A stretch of 64,000 nucleotides of DNA from the NCBI GenBank assembly GCA_963845515.1, contig CAWJSR010000029.1, forward strand, positions 128,001 through 192,000. The letters run 5' to 3'. The stretch comes from an uncultured delta proteobacterium. GTDB lineage: Bacteria; Myxococcota; Myxococcia; Myxococcales; Anaeromyxobacteraceae. The notes below the pieces were generated by a model, which did not search any database, had not been told where the DNA came from, and worked only from the letters and a program-made list of their open reading frames with translations. The position numbers and the translations under genes are program-made. Shown here piece after piece: positions 22,225-33,350 of this stretch. How positions within the stretch are numbered: position 1 is the stretch's first letter; every line of letters begins with the position of its first letter.

Positions 22225-22989
22225 CTAGAACACGAACTCCTCGCCCCGCTCGAGGATCCGTACGTTGTCGAGCCGGAGCGCCTTCAGCTCACGGCGTAGC
22301 TCGGCCATGAAGGCCGGCTTGAGGTGATACAGGAGAACGGGCTGCCCGTCCCGCTCGATCTTGGTCAGCTCGCTGGCGAGCGTCGACGGCGTGAAGTGGC
22401 CGGAGACGTCGGCGAGCCCCTGCAGGCGGCTGGGGAAGGAGAGCTCGACGAAGAGCGCCTTGAGCCTCGGCTCGGCGTTCACGCGCTTCCAGAGCCGCGC
22501 CGTCGGGCCGGTGTCGCCCGAGAACGCCACCGAGGAGCGTCCGTCCGAGAGGACGTAGCCGACCGACTCCACGGGGTGGCAGACCGGCACCGGCGTGACG
22601 CGGTAGCGCCCGACGCGGAACGGCTTCACCGGATCGAACGGGACGATCTCGATCACCGGCGACTTCGCGTCGGGGATCCTGGTGAAGTCGGGCCAGAGCT
22701 CGTCGTTGAAGACGTTGTCGTGGAGGGTCCGGGCGCACTCGCGGGACGCGTGGACGCGGATCGGCTTCTTTCGCCGCCCCACCGCGAGGTCCGCCAGGAG
22801 CGGGACGTCCTTCACGTGGTCGAAGTGGGAGTGGGTGAGGATGATGTCGTCCACCGCGAGCAGCGCGTCGAGCGGGAGCGACCCGGTGAGCGCGCCCGCG
22901 TCGACCGCCAGCCTGCCGTCCACCAGGAAGCAGGTGGTCCGGTGGCCGGGGAGCTCCCCGCCCGAGCAGCCGAGGACCTTCAGCTTCAT
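22225..22989 (-). CDS. Class II (MBL-fold) 3',5'-cyclic nucleotide phosphodiesterase
   Basis: KVLGCSGG, DAG, THSHFDH, VFND.LWPDF, SGDTGPT, ELSFP, GHFTP, YHLKP. Confidence 0.85.
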   Translation of the reverse strand: MKLKVLGCSGGELPGHRTTCFLVDGRLAVDAGALTGSLPLDALLAVDDIILTHSHFDHVKDVPLLADLAVGRRKKPIRVHASRECARTLHDNVFNDELWPDFTRIPDAKSPVIEIVPFDPVKPFRVGRYRVTPVPVCHPVESVGYVLSDGRSSVAFSGDTGPTARLWKRVNAEPRLKALFVELSFPSRLQGLADVSGHFTPSTLASELTKIERDGQPVLLYHLKPAFMAELRRELKALRLDNVRILERGEEFVF

Positions 22990-23633
22990 GCAACGTCCCC
23001 GAACTGCGCCTTCATCTGCAGGAACTCCAGGAAGTGGCGCAGCTTGGCGACGTCGGGGACCAGGAAGCCGTCCGGCTGTACCGAGATGATCTTGGCCTTG
23101 AGGAGCTTCATCAGCGCCTCGTCCGCCGCCTCGGGCTTCACGCCGCAGCGCCCCGGCAGCTCCTTCGGCGACATCTCGATCTTGCTCCCTGCCGGGGTCT
23201 TCGTCCCCTTCTCCGCGGCGAGCGCGAGGAAGTGGACGACCCGGGCGGAGGCGTCGCTGAGCAGGAGGTTCTCGATCTGGTTGTTCGCCTCCTGCAGCCG
23301 CTCCGCGAGCTTCTTGATCATCCGGAGCGCGATCTCCCCGCTCGATCTGACCATCGCCTCGAAGGTCTTGGCGTCGACCTGGAGGAGCTTGCAGTCGTCG
23401 GCGCAGGTGGCCGTCGCTGACCGCGGCTTGTTGTTCAGGATCGCCATCTCGCCAAGGAACTCACCCGGCCCGAGCGACGACAGGATCTTCTCCACGTCGC
23501 CGACGCGCTTCGAGATGGTCACGTGCCCATGCTGGACCACGTACATCTCGCGTCCCGTCTCCCCATCGCGGAAGAGCACGGTGCCCGCCTTGAACTCCTT
23601 GCCAAAGCGCTGGAACAGTTGGTCGTCGGCCAT
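22986..23633 (-). CDS. Crp/Fnr-family cyclic-nucleotide-binding protein
   Basis: LFRDGETGREMYVV, GEFLGEMAIL..KPRSAT phosphate-binding cassette, C-terminal winged-helix-like region; ATGA overlap with the PDE gene. Confidence 0.88.
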   Translation of the reverse strand: MADDQLFQRFGKEFKAGTVLFRDGETGREMYVVQHGHVTISKRVGDVEKILSSLGPGEFLGEMAILNNKPRSATATCADDCKLLQVDAKTFEAMVRSSGEIALRMIKKLAERLQEANNQIENLLLSDASARVVHFLALAAEKGTKTPAGSKIEMSPKELPGRCGVKPEAADEALMKLLKAKIISVQPDGFLVPDVAKLRHFLEFLQMKAQFGDVA

Positions 23634-23733
23634 TTGAGTGCGGGCCCCCGGCCCGGATCCTTCGTCCCTTAGCCCGCCTCGGGAAGGGCTGTCAACGAAA
23701 CCGCCGGCGCGCAGGTGCGTCGCGCGCGACGCA

Positions 23734-26082
23734 CTACTTGGTCTTCATCTCGAAGACGCCGTCCCACTCGGGGCCGGGCGGCGCTCGGCGCATGGCCTCG
23801 CAGCGACCGATGTACATCCGCGAGCAGGGGTCGCCGCCGCGGAGCCGGTCCGCCTCGCCGAACCGGGCGACAGCCTCCTCCCACCGCTGCGACTTGTAGG
23901 CCCCGATCCCCCAGTTGAACTGCTCGACGAAGGCGGAGGCCTCGGGGGTGGCCGGCGCGAGCGAGATCAGCTCGTGGATCTTCACGGGCGCCCGCTTCCC
24001 CTTCACGCGCACCTGGTCCAGCTCGCGCGTCACCACCCTGCCCTCCACCTGCTCGAAGGTCGTCGGCCCGATGATGACGTGCGTGCCGTACTCCTTGTTG
24101 GCCCCCTCGAGCCGCGACGCCAGGTTCACCGCGTCGCCCAGCACCGTGTAGTTGTAGAAGCGGTCCTGGCTGCCCACGAAGCCGACGGACATCGGGCCAG
24201 TGTTGATGCCCACCCCGATGTCGATCTCGGGGAGCCCGCGGTCGTGCCAGCGCGCCTTGAGCTCCTGCAGTCGCGCCATCATCTGGAGCCCCGCCTGGCA
24301 GGCGAGGAGCGCGTGGTCCGGCTGCTCCTGCGGCGCCCCCCAGAAGGCCATGATGGCGTCGCCGATGTACTTGTCGAGCGTGCCGCGCTGGTCCGACACG
24401 ATGATGTCGGTCATGGGCGTCAGGTACTCGTTGAGGAACTCGAGGAGGACGTGCGGATCGAGCTTCTCCGAGAGCGTGGTGAACCCCCGGATGTCGGAGA
24501 AGAGCACGGTCAGCTCGCGCTTGTCGCCGCCGAGCTTTATCCCGCCACCCTTCGCGAGGACCTGCTCCACCATCGCGGGGGAGAGGAAGCGGCTGAAGGT
24601 CTCACGCGCGCGCCGCTTCTCCCTCTCCTCGGAGAAGAACCGGTAGGTGGTGCCGGCGAGGAACATCGCCATCATCTGGACGAGCGGCATCCCGATCGCG
24701 ATGACGACGTCGAAGCGGCGGAGCCCCATCACCGCCGCGCCCGTCCAGCCCGCCATCGCGGCGAGCAGCACGGGGGCCGCCGACAGGCTCCCGACGCGGG
24801 CGAAGAGCCACGCGAGCAGGACCGTCAGGAGGAGCATGGCCGCGAGCTCGGCGACGACCACCGCCTGGGAGCGCTCGAGCAGCTCGCCCTGCAGCACGTT
24901 CTCCATGAAGGTGGCGTGGGTGATCACGCCTGGGGCGATGTCGTCGAACGGCGTGACCCGCTGATCCCAGGTGCCAGGCGCGGTGGTCCCGACGATGACG
25001 ATCTTCCCCTGCATCCGATCGCGAGGGATCCGGCCGTTGAGGACGTCGGTCGCCGACCAGCTGGGGAAGTCGCGATAGGGCCCGTAGTAGCTGATGGGGA
25101 CCCGGCCGGAGTCGTCGGTGTCGATGGTCGTCTCGCCGACGTGGACCTGCAGGACGGTCTCGCCGCCGCCGTCTGCCGAGACCGGCACGACCGGCGCGGA
25201 CACCCCCTCGCGCCCGAGGGCGCGCGCGAGCGTCGCGATCCCGAGCGCCGGGAAGGTGACCTGCCCGACCCGTCCGACCACCGGATAGCGCCGGATGGTC
25301 CCGTCGGGATCCGGCCGGACGGTGAAGAAGCCGCCGCTGTCCGCCACTGCGAGGATCTCGTCGAGGGGAGGGATCACCCCCATGTAGCCGCGCCCCACGC
25401 CCCGCTCCTCGGGGAGCGGCGTCAGCTTCCCGTCGCGCACGACGTGGACCGCGTCCGTGCGGAAGAACTGGAGCGACGCCAGCCGCGCCGGGTCGCCCGC
25501 CGCGCCCATGTCCTTCTCGGACAGGAGCATGAAGCCGACGGTCACGTTGTGCGCCCGCTCGATCGCGTCGGCGAGCTGCTCGGTGGGGTCCACGTCGACC
25601 TTCGGGTCCCCCGCCGGGCCCTGGGCCGCGGCCCAGATCGAGTCGAGCGTCGCGGAACCCTGTGGGTCCTTCGCCCCCTCGCGCGCCGCGCGCACCCGCG
25701 CAGCCACCTCGGCCAGACGCCGCCCCTGGACGTCCACGTCCGCCCAGATGACGTCGAAGCCGACGGCCGCGACCCCGCCGGCCGCCAGCCCGTCGATCAG
25801 CCGCGCCATCTTCGCCCGGCTCCACGGCCAGATCCCCTCGGCCTCGACCGACTTCTCGTCCACCGCGACGATCACGACCTTGCCCGACGGCGTCCTCGGA
25901 CCGCGCAGCCGCGTCAGCGCCCAGTCCTGCGCCGCGTGCTCGATCCGGGAGATGACCGGCAGCTCCCACTCGGGGCGCTCGAAGACGACGCTGAGGAAGT
26001 GGAGGAGCGTGACGAGGAGCCCCGCGTAGAGGGCGAGGCGGAAGGCGTCGACCCTGAGGACGCGCTGGCGGAGGCGGTTCAT
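23734..26082 (-). CDS. CHASE2-domain class III adenylate cyclase with C-terminal TPR
   Basis: VIVAVDEKS...WPWSR (CHASE2), three TMs, [43 protein letters not shown]; Lys in DKYIGD indicates ATP specificity. Confidence 0.92.
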   Translation of the reverse strand: MNRLRQRVLRVDAFRLALYAGLLVTLLHFLSVVFERPEWELPVISRIEHAAQDWALTRLRGPRTPSGKVVIVAVDEKSVEAEGIWPWSRAKMARLIDGLAAGGVAAVGFDVIWADVDVQGRRLAEVAARVRAAREGAKDPQGSATLDSIWAAAQGPAGDPKVDVDPTEQLADAIERAHNVTVGFMLLSEKDMGAAGDPARLASLQFFRTDAVHVVRDGKLTPLPEERGVGRGYMGVIPPLDEILAVADSGGFFTVRPDPDGTIRRYPVVGRVGQVTFPALGIATLARALGREGVSAPVVPVSADGGGETVLQVHVGETTIDTDDSGRVPISYYGPYRDFPSWSATDVLNGRIPRDRMQGKIVIVGTTAPGTWDQRVTPFDDIAPGVITHATFMENVLQGELLERSQAVVVAELAAMLLLTVLLAWLFARVGSLSAAPVLLAAMAGWTGAAVMGLRRFDVVIAIGMPLVQMMAMFLAGTTYRFFSEEREKRRARETFSRFLSPAMVEQVLAKGGGIKLGGDKRELTVLFSDIRGFTTLSEKLDPHVLLEFLNEYLTPMTDIIVSDQRGTLDKYIGDAIMAFWGAPQEQPDHALLACQAGLQMMARLQELKARWHDRGLPEIDIGVGINTGPMSVGFVGSQDRFYNYTVLGDAVNLASRLEGANKEYGTHVIIGPTTFEQVEGRVVTRELDQVRVKGKRAPVKIHELISLAPATPEASAFVEQFNWGIGAYKSQRWEEAVARFGEADRLRGGDPCSRMYIGRCEAMRRAPPGPEWDGVFEMKTK

Positions 26083-26166
26083 CGGCCCGGGATGGTAGCA
26101 GGAGGGGACCCGCCGGTCCCGAGCCTATTGCCCCCACCGGCGGGGCGCGGTAAGCGAGGGGCCGCC

Positions 26167-27202
26167 ATGGCCCTGACCTACCGCGACGCGGGCGTCGACA
26201 TCGACGAGGGAGATCGCCTCGTCGACCTGATCAAGCCTCTAGCCCGCCCCACCCTCCGCCCCGAGGTCCTCGCCGGCATCGGCGGCTTCGGCGGCCTCTT
26301 CGCCCTCGACCTGAAGAAGTGGAAGGAGCCGGTGCTCGTCTCCGGCACCGACGGGGTCGGGACCAAGCTCAAGGTGGCCTTCGAGGCCGGCCGGCACGAC
26401 ACCGTCGGCATCGACCTCGTCGCGATGTGCGTCAACGACATCGCGGTGGTCGGCGCCGAGCCGCTCTGGTTCCTCGACTACTTCGCCACCGGCAAGCTCT
26501 CCGCCGAGCAGGGAGCGGCCGTCGTGAAGGGGATCGCCGAGGGGTGCCTCCAGGCTGGCTGCGCGCTGATCGGCGGCGAGACGGCCGAGCTGCCGGGCTT
26601 CTACGCGAAGGGGGAGTACGACCTCGCCGGCTTCTCCGTCGGGTGCGTGGAGCGCTCGAAGATCGTCGACGGCAAGGACGTCGTGCCGGGGGACCTGGTG
26701 ATCGGGGTCGCTTCCACCGGGCTCCACTCCAACGGCTACTCCCTCGCCCGCAAGGCGCTCATGGAGCGCTACCCGCTCGAGCACCGGTTCGCGTCGATCC
26801 CCGGCGCGACGCTCGGCGAGCTGCTCCTCCAGCCGACGAAGATCTACGCGAAGCAGCTCCTCGCCGTGCTGGAGAAGGTGCGGCTCAAGTCGATCGCCCA
26901 TATCACGGGCGGCGGCCTGCCCGGCAACGTGCCGCGCAGCCTCCCCGACGGCACGCGCGCAGTGCTCGAGGAGCGGCGCTGGGAGCGGCCCGTCGTCTTC
27001 GACCTCATCGAGCGCGAGGGACAGGTCCCGCGCGACGAGATGTACCGGACCTTCAACATGGGGCTCGGGCTCACGCTGGTCGTCGCACAGGGCGACGAGC
27101 AGGCCGCCCTCGCCGCGCTGCGCGCGCAGGGGCTCGGCAGCCTGGACCGTCGGCGCCATCGAGAGAGGCTCCGGCGAGGCCACCTGCGAGGTGGTCGGGT
27201 GA
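26167..27202 (+). CDS. purM: Phosphoribosylaminoimidazole synthetase (frameshift near 27135)
   Basis: [50 protein letters not shown]; natural end AWTVGAIE...EVVG* (TGA 27200-27202) is in another frame. Confidence 0.95.
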
Positions 27203-27879
27203 TCCGGATCGGGGTCCTCGCCTCGGGCGGTGGGACGAACCTGGGGGCGATCCTCGAGGCCTGCTCGTCCGGCCGGATCGACGCGCAGGTCGCCGTCGTC
27301 GTCTCGAACGTCCCCGGTGCCGGCGCCCTCGCCCGCGCCGAGAAGGCGGGCGTCGCCACCGAGCTGCTGCCCTCCAAGGGCGTCTCGGACCGGACGGCGT
27401 GGGATCGGCAGCTCGCCGAGCGGGTCGCCGCCCACGGCGTCGACCTCGTCTGCCTGGCCGGCTACATGCGGATCGTCACGCCGACCTTCCTCCGCGCCTT
27501 CGCCGCGACCGCGGCGACGCGCGGCTGCCCGCGGGTGATGAACATCCACCCCGGCCTCCTCCCGAGCTTCCCCGGGCTGCACGCCCAGCAGCAGGCGCTC
27601 GACTACGGCGCCCGCTTCGCTGGCTGCACCGTCCACTTCGTCGACGAGGGGACCGACACCGGGCCGATCATCGCGCAGGCGATCGTGCCGATCCTCCCGG
27701 ACGACACCGAGCCGGTGCTCTCGGCCAGGATCCTCGAGCAGGAACACCGCCTCTACCCGCAGGCCATCCAGTGGTTCGCGCAGGGGCGGCTCTCGCTCGC
27801 CGGACGCCACGTCCGCGTCGACGGCGGGCGCGCGCCGGCGCCGTTCGTGCACACGAGCCCCGCCCTGGAAGGGGCCTGA
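27199..27879 (+). CDS. purN: Phosphoribosylglycinamide formyltransferase
   Basis: [58 protein letters not shown] overlap with the purM stop. Confidence 0.95.
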   Translation: MIRIGVLASGGGTNLGAILEACSSGRIDAQVAVVVSNVPGAGALARAEKAGVATELLPSKGVSDRTAWDRQLAERVAAHGVDLVCLAGYMRIVTPTFLRAFAATAATRGCPRVMNIHPGLLPSFPGLHAQQQALDYGARFAGCTVHFVDEGTDTGPIIAQAIVPILPDDTEPVLSARILEQEHRLYPQAIQWFAQGRLSLAGRHVRVDGGRAPAPFVHTSPALEGA

Positions 27880-27881
27880 CG

Positions 27882-29376
27882 ATGGTCCAGTCCTACCGTC
27901 CACCCGCGACCCAGCGCACCTACGACGCGTGCGTCGTCGGCTCCCAGCTGGGAGGCGCGGTCGCGGCCGCGCTGCTCGCCCGTCGCGGCTTCCGCGTGCT
28001 GGAGGTGGACCACGACGGCCGCGGCGCCGGGTACGTCGACGACGGATGGGTCCTCCCGTGGCGCCCCGCCCTCTTCATCTCGCCCCGCGCTCATGCCCGC
28101 CGGCGAGTCGGCCCTCGGGGAGCTGTCGGCGGCCACCCAGGTCGCGCGGGCCCTCCGGCCGCTCGCCCCGGGGCTGCAGCTCTTCCTCCCGCGCCACCGG
28201 CTCGAGGTGCCGGTCGCCCCCGAGCCACTCGCCGCCGAGCTGCACCGGGAGTGGCCTGGGGAGGACGGAGCCCTCCTCGCCGCGCTGCGGGAGCTCGAGG
28301 CGCTCTTCGAGGACGGCGGACGGCTCCTCTCCGCAGCGCCGGCGCTCCCGCCGCGCGGGGTCTTCGCGCGCATCGCCCTTCGTCGCGCCGTGGCGCGCGC
28401 CGTCGCCCCGGGCCGGAGGCCGATCGAGGAGGCACGTCCGTTCGAGTCGCTCGACGGTCACCCCTTCCCGGCGGCGCTGCTCGCCCTCCTACCGTTCCTC
28501 TCACACCTCGACGGGCCGCCGGCCCCGCTGACGCTCGCCCGCGTCCTCGGTGGCGCCCTCCGCGGGCTGCACGTCGCCGACGGCGGCGAGCAGGCGCTGC
28601 GGGAGCTCTTCCGCCGCCGCAGCTCACCGAACGTCGCCAACCACGACCAGACCTCTGCGCTGCGCGGCGTCGTCGAGTCGGTCGAGCTCTCCGGTGGCCG
28701 GATCAAGGGGCTGCGGCTCGCCGGCTCCGCGGACCTCCATGCGGCGAGCGTGTTCGTCCTGGCGAGCGGCGGCGAGGGCTTCGCGCGGCTCCTGCCGCAG
28801 GGGGCGCCCGGCCGGGCGGTCGCTGCGCTCACCAGGCTCCGCGCGACCCGCCGGATCCTGACGGTCAACTTCGTGGTCCGCGCCGCCGCGCTGCCGCCCC
28901 CGCTCGGGACCGCGGCGCTCTCCCTCCTCGACGGAGAGCCGCTCCTCCTCCAGGTCGAGCCCGCGCGCCGGCAGGACCTGGCCGAGGCGGAGGCACACGC
29001 CGGCGATCGCGTGATCTGCGCCGCCGCGCCCGTCCCGGCGGAGCCCTGGACCCGCGAGTCCGTGAAGGCGGGCGCGGATCGGATCAGGTCGGCGCTGCTG
29101 CAGGCCATCCCCTTCTTCGACCGGCACGTGCTCTTCGAGTCGATCCCGACGCTCGTCGGCATCGGCGACGGCGACCCCTTCGCGGACGCGGCGGACCCCA
29201 TCTACGCGCCGCCGGACGTAGCGGTCCTCGGGGTCACCGGCATACCCGTACAGGGGACGTTCAAGAACCTCTTCCTCGCGAGCCGCGAGGTCCTGCCCGG
29301 CCTGGGCCTGGAGGGGGAGATCTACGCCGGCATCGAGGCGGCGGCCCACGCGGCGACCGCTCTCGGTCACAAGTAG
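27882..29376 (+). CDS. FAD/NAD(P)-binding oxidoreductase of the phytoene desaturase-like superfamily (frameshift near 28090)
   Basis: YDACVVGSQLGGAVAAALLARRGFRVLEVD Rossmann start; C-terminal FKNLFLASREVLPGLGLEG in ORF 28093-29376. Confidence 0.6.
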
Positions 29377-29407
29377 CACCCCTGCCGGTGATCGGGTCGG
29401 TAGCCAC

Positions 29408-29435
29408 TTGCATTCCACGCGCAGATCCGTAATAT
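29408..29435 (+). promoter_or_regulatory. Putative sigma-70 promoter of rpmB
   Basis: TTGCAT-N16-TAATAT in an AT-richer gap, followed by GAGGT SD before ATG 29466. Confidence 0.5.
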
Positions 29436-29465
29436 CCCGCGCTCTTTCGGGTTTCGAGGTACACC

Positions 29466-29681
29466 ATGGCTCGTCGTTGCGAACTCTGCGGTAAGGGTCC
29501 TCTCGTGGGGAACAAGGTCTCCCACGCGAACAACAAGACCAAGACCCGCTCCCTCCCCAACCTCCGTTCGGTCCGCGCAAACGTCGACGGCAAGGTCGGT
29601 CACATCCGCGTCTGCTCCCGCTGCCTCAAGGCCGGCAAGGTCGTGAAGGCCGGGCGCGGCAACCGCGCTGCCGCCGCTTAG
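29466..29681 (+). CDS. rpmB: 50S ribosomal protein L28 (zinc-binding CxxC form)
   Basis: [33 protein letters not shown]...[10 protein letters not shown]. Confidence 0.97.
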   Translation: MARRCELCGKGPLVGNKVSHANNKTKTRSLPNLRSVRANVDGKVGHIRVCSRCLKAGKVVKAGRGNRAAAA

Positions 29682-29710
29682 GCGCTTCTCACCCAGCTGA
29701 AGTGGCGGCT

Positions 29711-29756
29711 CCGTCGCCCGCGTCCGCACGTTGCGGTGACGCGGGCGTCGGCGTTT
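29711..29756 (+). terminator. Long hairpin after rpmB, putative terminator
   Basis: cgcccgcgtc (29715-29724) pairs with gacgcgggcg (29738-29747); inner ccgca/tgcgg stem; followed by cgttt. Confidence 0.5.
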
Positions 29757-31411
29757 GATGGGGGCGATCATGGGCTTGAAGGAACGCCGGGAGAAGGCCC
29801 TCGCGCCGGGGGAGCTGGAGCGCCACCGCGCCGAGCTGGCGGCCGCGACCGGCCGCAGGCGGCTCGACGTGATCCTCGACGCGCGAAACCCGCAGGCCCT
29901 GGTCCGAGCCCTCCCCGCCGACGAGCTCTACCTGACGATCCGCGACGTCGGGCTCGCCGACGCGGCGCCGCTCGTGGGGCTGGCGTCTGCCGAGCAGTTC
30001 AAGATCCTGCTGGACCTCGAGGCCTGGCGTGACGGCGAGTTCGAGCCGTCGCGCGCGCTCCCCTGGCTTCGCGCGGCGCGATCGGGGTCCCTGGACGACC
30101 CCAGGGCGGCGGCGCGGTGGGCGCGCAAGCTCACGACGCTCGACCGCGAGGTGCTCTTCCTGACGCTCCGCAGCGCGCTGCGCGTCCACGAGCTCGAGGA
30201 GAACGAGCCGGATCCGGAGATCGAGAGCGATCGCTTCATGCGGACCCCCGAGAACAAGTTCATCGTGGAGTTCCTGGTCGACGGCGCCGAGTACATGGCC
30301 GTGAAGGGGATCCTCGACGACCTGTACGCCGAGAACGCGTTCATGGCGACGCGCCTCCTCTCCGCGATGAGGTCGGAGCTCGACAGCGAGCTGTCCGAGA
30401 CCGCGCTCCGGTGGCGCTCCGCGCGGCTCGCCGACCTCGGCTTCCCGACGCTGGAGGAGGCGCTCTCCTGGTTCGCCCGCCCTCCCAGGACCGAGCATCC
30501 CGGCCACGCCGGCCTGCCCGCGCGCCCACCCGGCTTCTGGATCGCCGCCCACCCCGGCGTCGGCCTCTTCGACCGGGCCGCTGCCCGCCTCTCCGACGAC
30601 GAGCGTGCCTCGCTGGAGCCGGAGCTCGTCGCAGCCGGCCAACGCGGTGGTCGTCGCCGACTCGATCGATCCGGGCGACGTCGACGCGGTCGCCCGCGCG
30701 CTGACCGCCGCGCGCGCCCTGATCGAGCTGGGGCTGGAGCTGCGCGCCGGGGCCGACGAGGAGAAGGGGGCGGCGGAGCTCTCCGCGGTCCCGGTGAAGC
30801 GGCTCTTCCAGGAGGGGTTCGGCCGGCTCCTGGCGCTCAAGTGGCGGGTCGACCGCCTCCTCCGCGAGGGAGGCGCCGGCACGCGGGCGAGCCCGCTGCT
30901 CGACCCGCCGCTCGGCGAGGCGCTGGCCGCCCTCTCGCTCAAGCGGCCGCGCTTCCACCCCGGCCTGGAGGCCGATCGGAGCCGCTGGGGCGCGCCGGCG
31001 CTGGCCGCCTTCATGCCGCGCCCGTTCCTCTCGTCACTCGACGTGACGCGCGCGACGGCGGCCGTCGACGCCGCCGAGGGGCTCATCGCGCTGGGCGCGC
31101 GGCTCGGGCTCCTCGTGGAGCCGGGCAAGCCGGCCGGGCAACACACTCTCTCGGCGAGGTACCTGACGGCGCTCGCCAACGAGCGGCTCGGCCGCGCCTT
31201 CTCGCCCGCGCCCATCCCGACGGCCGATCTTCGCGCGGCCGCGGAGGCGCTCCGGAGCGGCGGCGTGGACCACCCTTCCCTGGCCGACGCCGGGGACGCG
31301 GGGGCGCTCTTGCGTTCGCTCGCGTCTCAGCGTGCCGAGGAGCTGCAGGCCTCCATGGACGCCGGCGCGAGCGAACCCGAGACCATCGCGGCGCTGCTGG
31401 TCCAGCGCTGA
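29755..31411 (+). CDS. Conserved deltaproteobacterial hypothetical protein, DUF6178-like (frameshift near 30635)
   Basis: RRLDVILDARNPQALVRALPADELYLTIRDVGLADA; WRSARLADLGFP; continues as ANAVVVAD...KRLFQEGF in ORF 30605-31411; family name recalled, not searched. Confidence 0.6.
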
Positions 31412-31419
31412 GCGGGCCA

Positions 31420-31893
31420 GTGGCCAGGGTGCGCAGAGGACTCCTCGCGTTCGCCGTCGCGCTGACCTCCCTGGCCGCCTGCCAGCGCGTCGAACCGAGG
31501 CGCGTCCGGATCGTCGTGTCGCTGTACGGCACCGCCTCGCGCCCCGTCCACGGCCTCGACGTGACCGTCGCGCTCCCCACCGGCGCGAGCGTGGCGCACG
31601 AGGGCGCGACGCGGCGGCTCTCGGCGCGAGCGCTGACCCTGCTCGGCGGAGCGCGCGACGCGACGATCGACGGGCACTTCGCCGCCCACGCCACGACCCC
31701 CTCGATCAGGATCCTCCTCGCGTCGCAGGAGCCGATGCGCGAAGGCGAGGTGGCCGCGATCGAGCTGACCGTGACCTCCGCGGCCGACCCGCCCAGGTCC
31801 CGCTACGAGGTCGCGAGCTCCGCCGTGACCGGCCCGGATGGCGCGTCCGTCGCGGGCGCCACCTGCTGGGTCAGCGCGGTCGAGATCAGGTAG
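31420..31893 (+). CDS. Putative lipoprotein, beta-rich (cohesin-like)
   Basis: RRGLLAFAVALTSLAAC lipobox; alternating beta-strand pattern; embedded at the end of ORF 29755-31893. Confidence 0.55.
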   Translation: MARVRRGLLAFAVALTSLAACQRVEPRRVRIVVSLYGTASRPVHGLDVTVALPTGASVAHEGATRRLSARALTLLGGARDATIDGHFAAHATTPSIRILLASQEPMREGEVAAIELTVTSAADPPRSRYEVASSAVTGPDGASVAGATCWVSAVEIR

Positions 31894-32370
31894 CTACCGG
31901 GTCTCCGCCTCGTCGGGCGCCGCCTCGCCCGCCGCACCGAGCCCGAGGCCGCACTCCGGGCACTCGGCCTTCCCGGGATCGAGGACGAACACGTGGCCAC
32001 AGGCCGGGCAGGTGATCTCCCCGCCCTTGTCGAGGTCCACGCCGGCGATCCCCCGCTGCGCGGCGGCGGCGGCCGCCGGATCGTCGAGCAGCATCGCCCA
32101 GTGCTGGCGGAGGATGGTGACCGCCTTCTCGGCGTCGGCGGCGTCGGCGTAGAGGTTCCAGAGCGGATGAGCCTTCTCCTCGGGACGCCCCGCAGGCACC
32201 TGCTCCATCTCGGGAGTGAGGCCGGCCGCCTCCAGCGCGTTGTTCATCTCACGGACCGAGGCGTAGCCCGACCGGACGAGGAGCTTGAGCCCCTCAGCTG
32301 CGGCTTCACAGGTGACGCAGTTCCCCTCGTCGTCGAGGGGGGTGTTGCACTTCTCGCAGGTGCGGGCCAT
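31894..32370 (-). CDS. Small protein with two zinc ribbons
   Basis: CEKC...CVTC at the N-terminus and CPAC...CPEC at the C-terminus; GAGGAG SD before ATG 32370. Confidence 0.7.
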   Translation of the reverse strand: MARTCEKCNTPLDDEGNCVTCEAAAEGLKLLVRSGYASVREMNNALEAAGLTPEMEQVPAGRPEEKAHPLWNLYADAADAEKAVTILRQHWAMLLDDPAAAAAAQRGIAGVDLDKGGEITCPACGHVFVLDPGKAECPECGLGLGAAGEAAPDEAETR

Positions 32371-32499
32371 GGCCACTCTCCTCACCCCGCGGAGTGCGGG
32401 ACGATCGCGATCATAGCCCCAGATCGGGCGCGGCGCGCCACCTCCGCGCCCCTTCGGTCACCTGTTCGCCGTCCCGGCCCGCGCTATACTCCACGTCCC

Positions 32500-33346
32500 A
32501 TGATCATCGACGGAAAGCAGATCGCGGCCCAGGTGCGCGCCGAGGTGGCCCAGAAGGTCGCCCAGCTCAAGCAGGAGAAGGGGATCCACACCGGCCTCAC
32601 GGTGGTGCGCGTCGGCGAGGACCCCGCCTCGGCCATCTACGTCCGCGGCAAGCGGAAGGCCTGCGACGAGGTCGGGATCAACTCGGTCGAGCACCACCTC
32701 GCGGCCGACACCACGCAGGCGGAGCTGCTCGACCTCATCGCGCGGCTCAACGCCGACCCGACCTGCCACGGCATCCTCGTCCAGCTCCCGCTCCCGAAGC
32801 AGATCGACGAGCAGGCTGATCCTCGAGGCGATCGCCCCGGCCAAGGACGCCGACGGCTTCCACCCGTACAACGTCGGCTGCCTCTGGACCGGCAAGCCCG
32901 CCCCGCGCGCCTGCACGCCGTTCGGCGTGATGCGGCTGCTCGACGAGGCGAAGGTGGACTTGAAGGGCAAGCACGCCCTCGTCGTCGGCCGCTCCAACAT
33001 CGTCGGAAAGCCGCAGGCCGCGATGCTGCTCGAGCGCCACGCCACCGTGACCCTCGCCCACTCCCGCACCACCGACCTCGCGGCCGAGGTGGCCCGCGCC
33101 GACGTGGTGATCGCCGCCGTCGGGAAGGCCGAGATCGTCAAGGGGGCATGGGTGAAGCCCGGCGCGGTCGTGATCGACGTCGGGATGAACCGGCTCGCCG
33201 ACGGCAAGCTGGTCGGCGACGTCGAGTTCGGCGCCGCGAAGGAGCGCGCCAGCGCCATCACCCCGGTCCCCGGTGGCGTCGGCCCGATGACCATCGCGAT
33301 GCTCCTCGCCAACACCGTCGAGCTGGCCCGCCGCTCGGCGAAGTGA
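32500..33346 (+). CDS. folD: Methylenetetrahydrofolate dehydrogenase/cyclohydrolase (frameshift near 32815)
   Basis: [25 protein letters not shown], then [38 protein letters not shown]. Confidence 0.96.
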
Positions 33347-33350
33347 CCGC

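Noticed and set aside
23638..27879. 1413-aa ORF suggesting a PurM-PurN fusion with a long N-terminal extension
   Set aside because: The first ~840 aa are the antisense shadow of the cyclase. The purM C-terminus (AWTVGAIE...EVVG*) is present in another frame with a normal GTGA overlap into purN, so the fusion comes from one indel near 27135.
29755..31893. 712-aa ORF joining the DUF6178-like gene to the downstream lipoprotein
   Set aside because: Frameshift near 30635; the intervening translation is Arg/Gly/Pro-rich off-frame sequence, while the true continuation is ORF 30605-31411.
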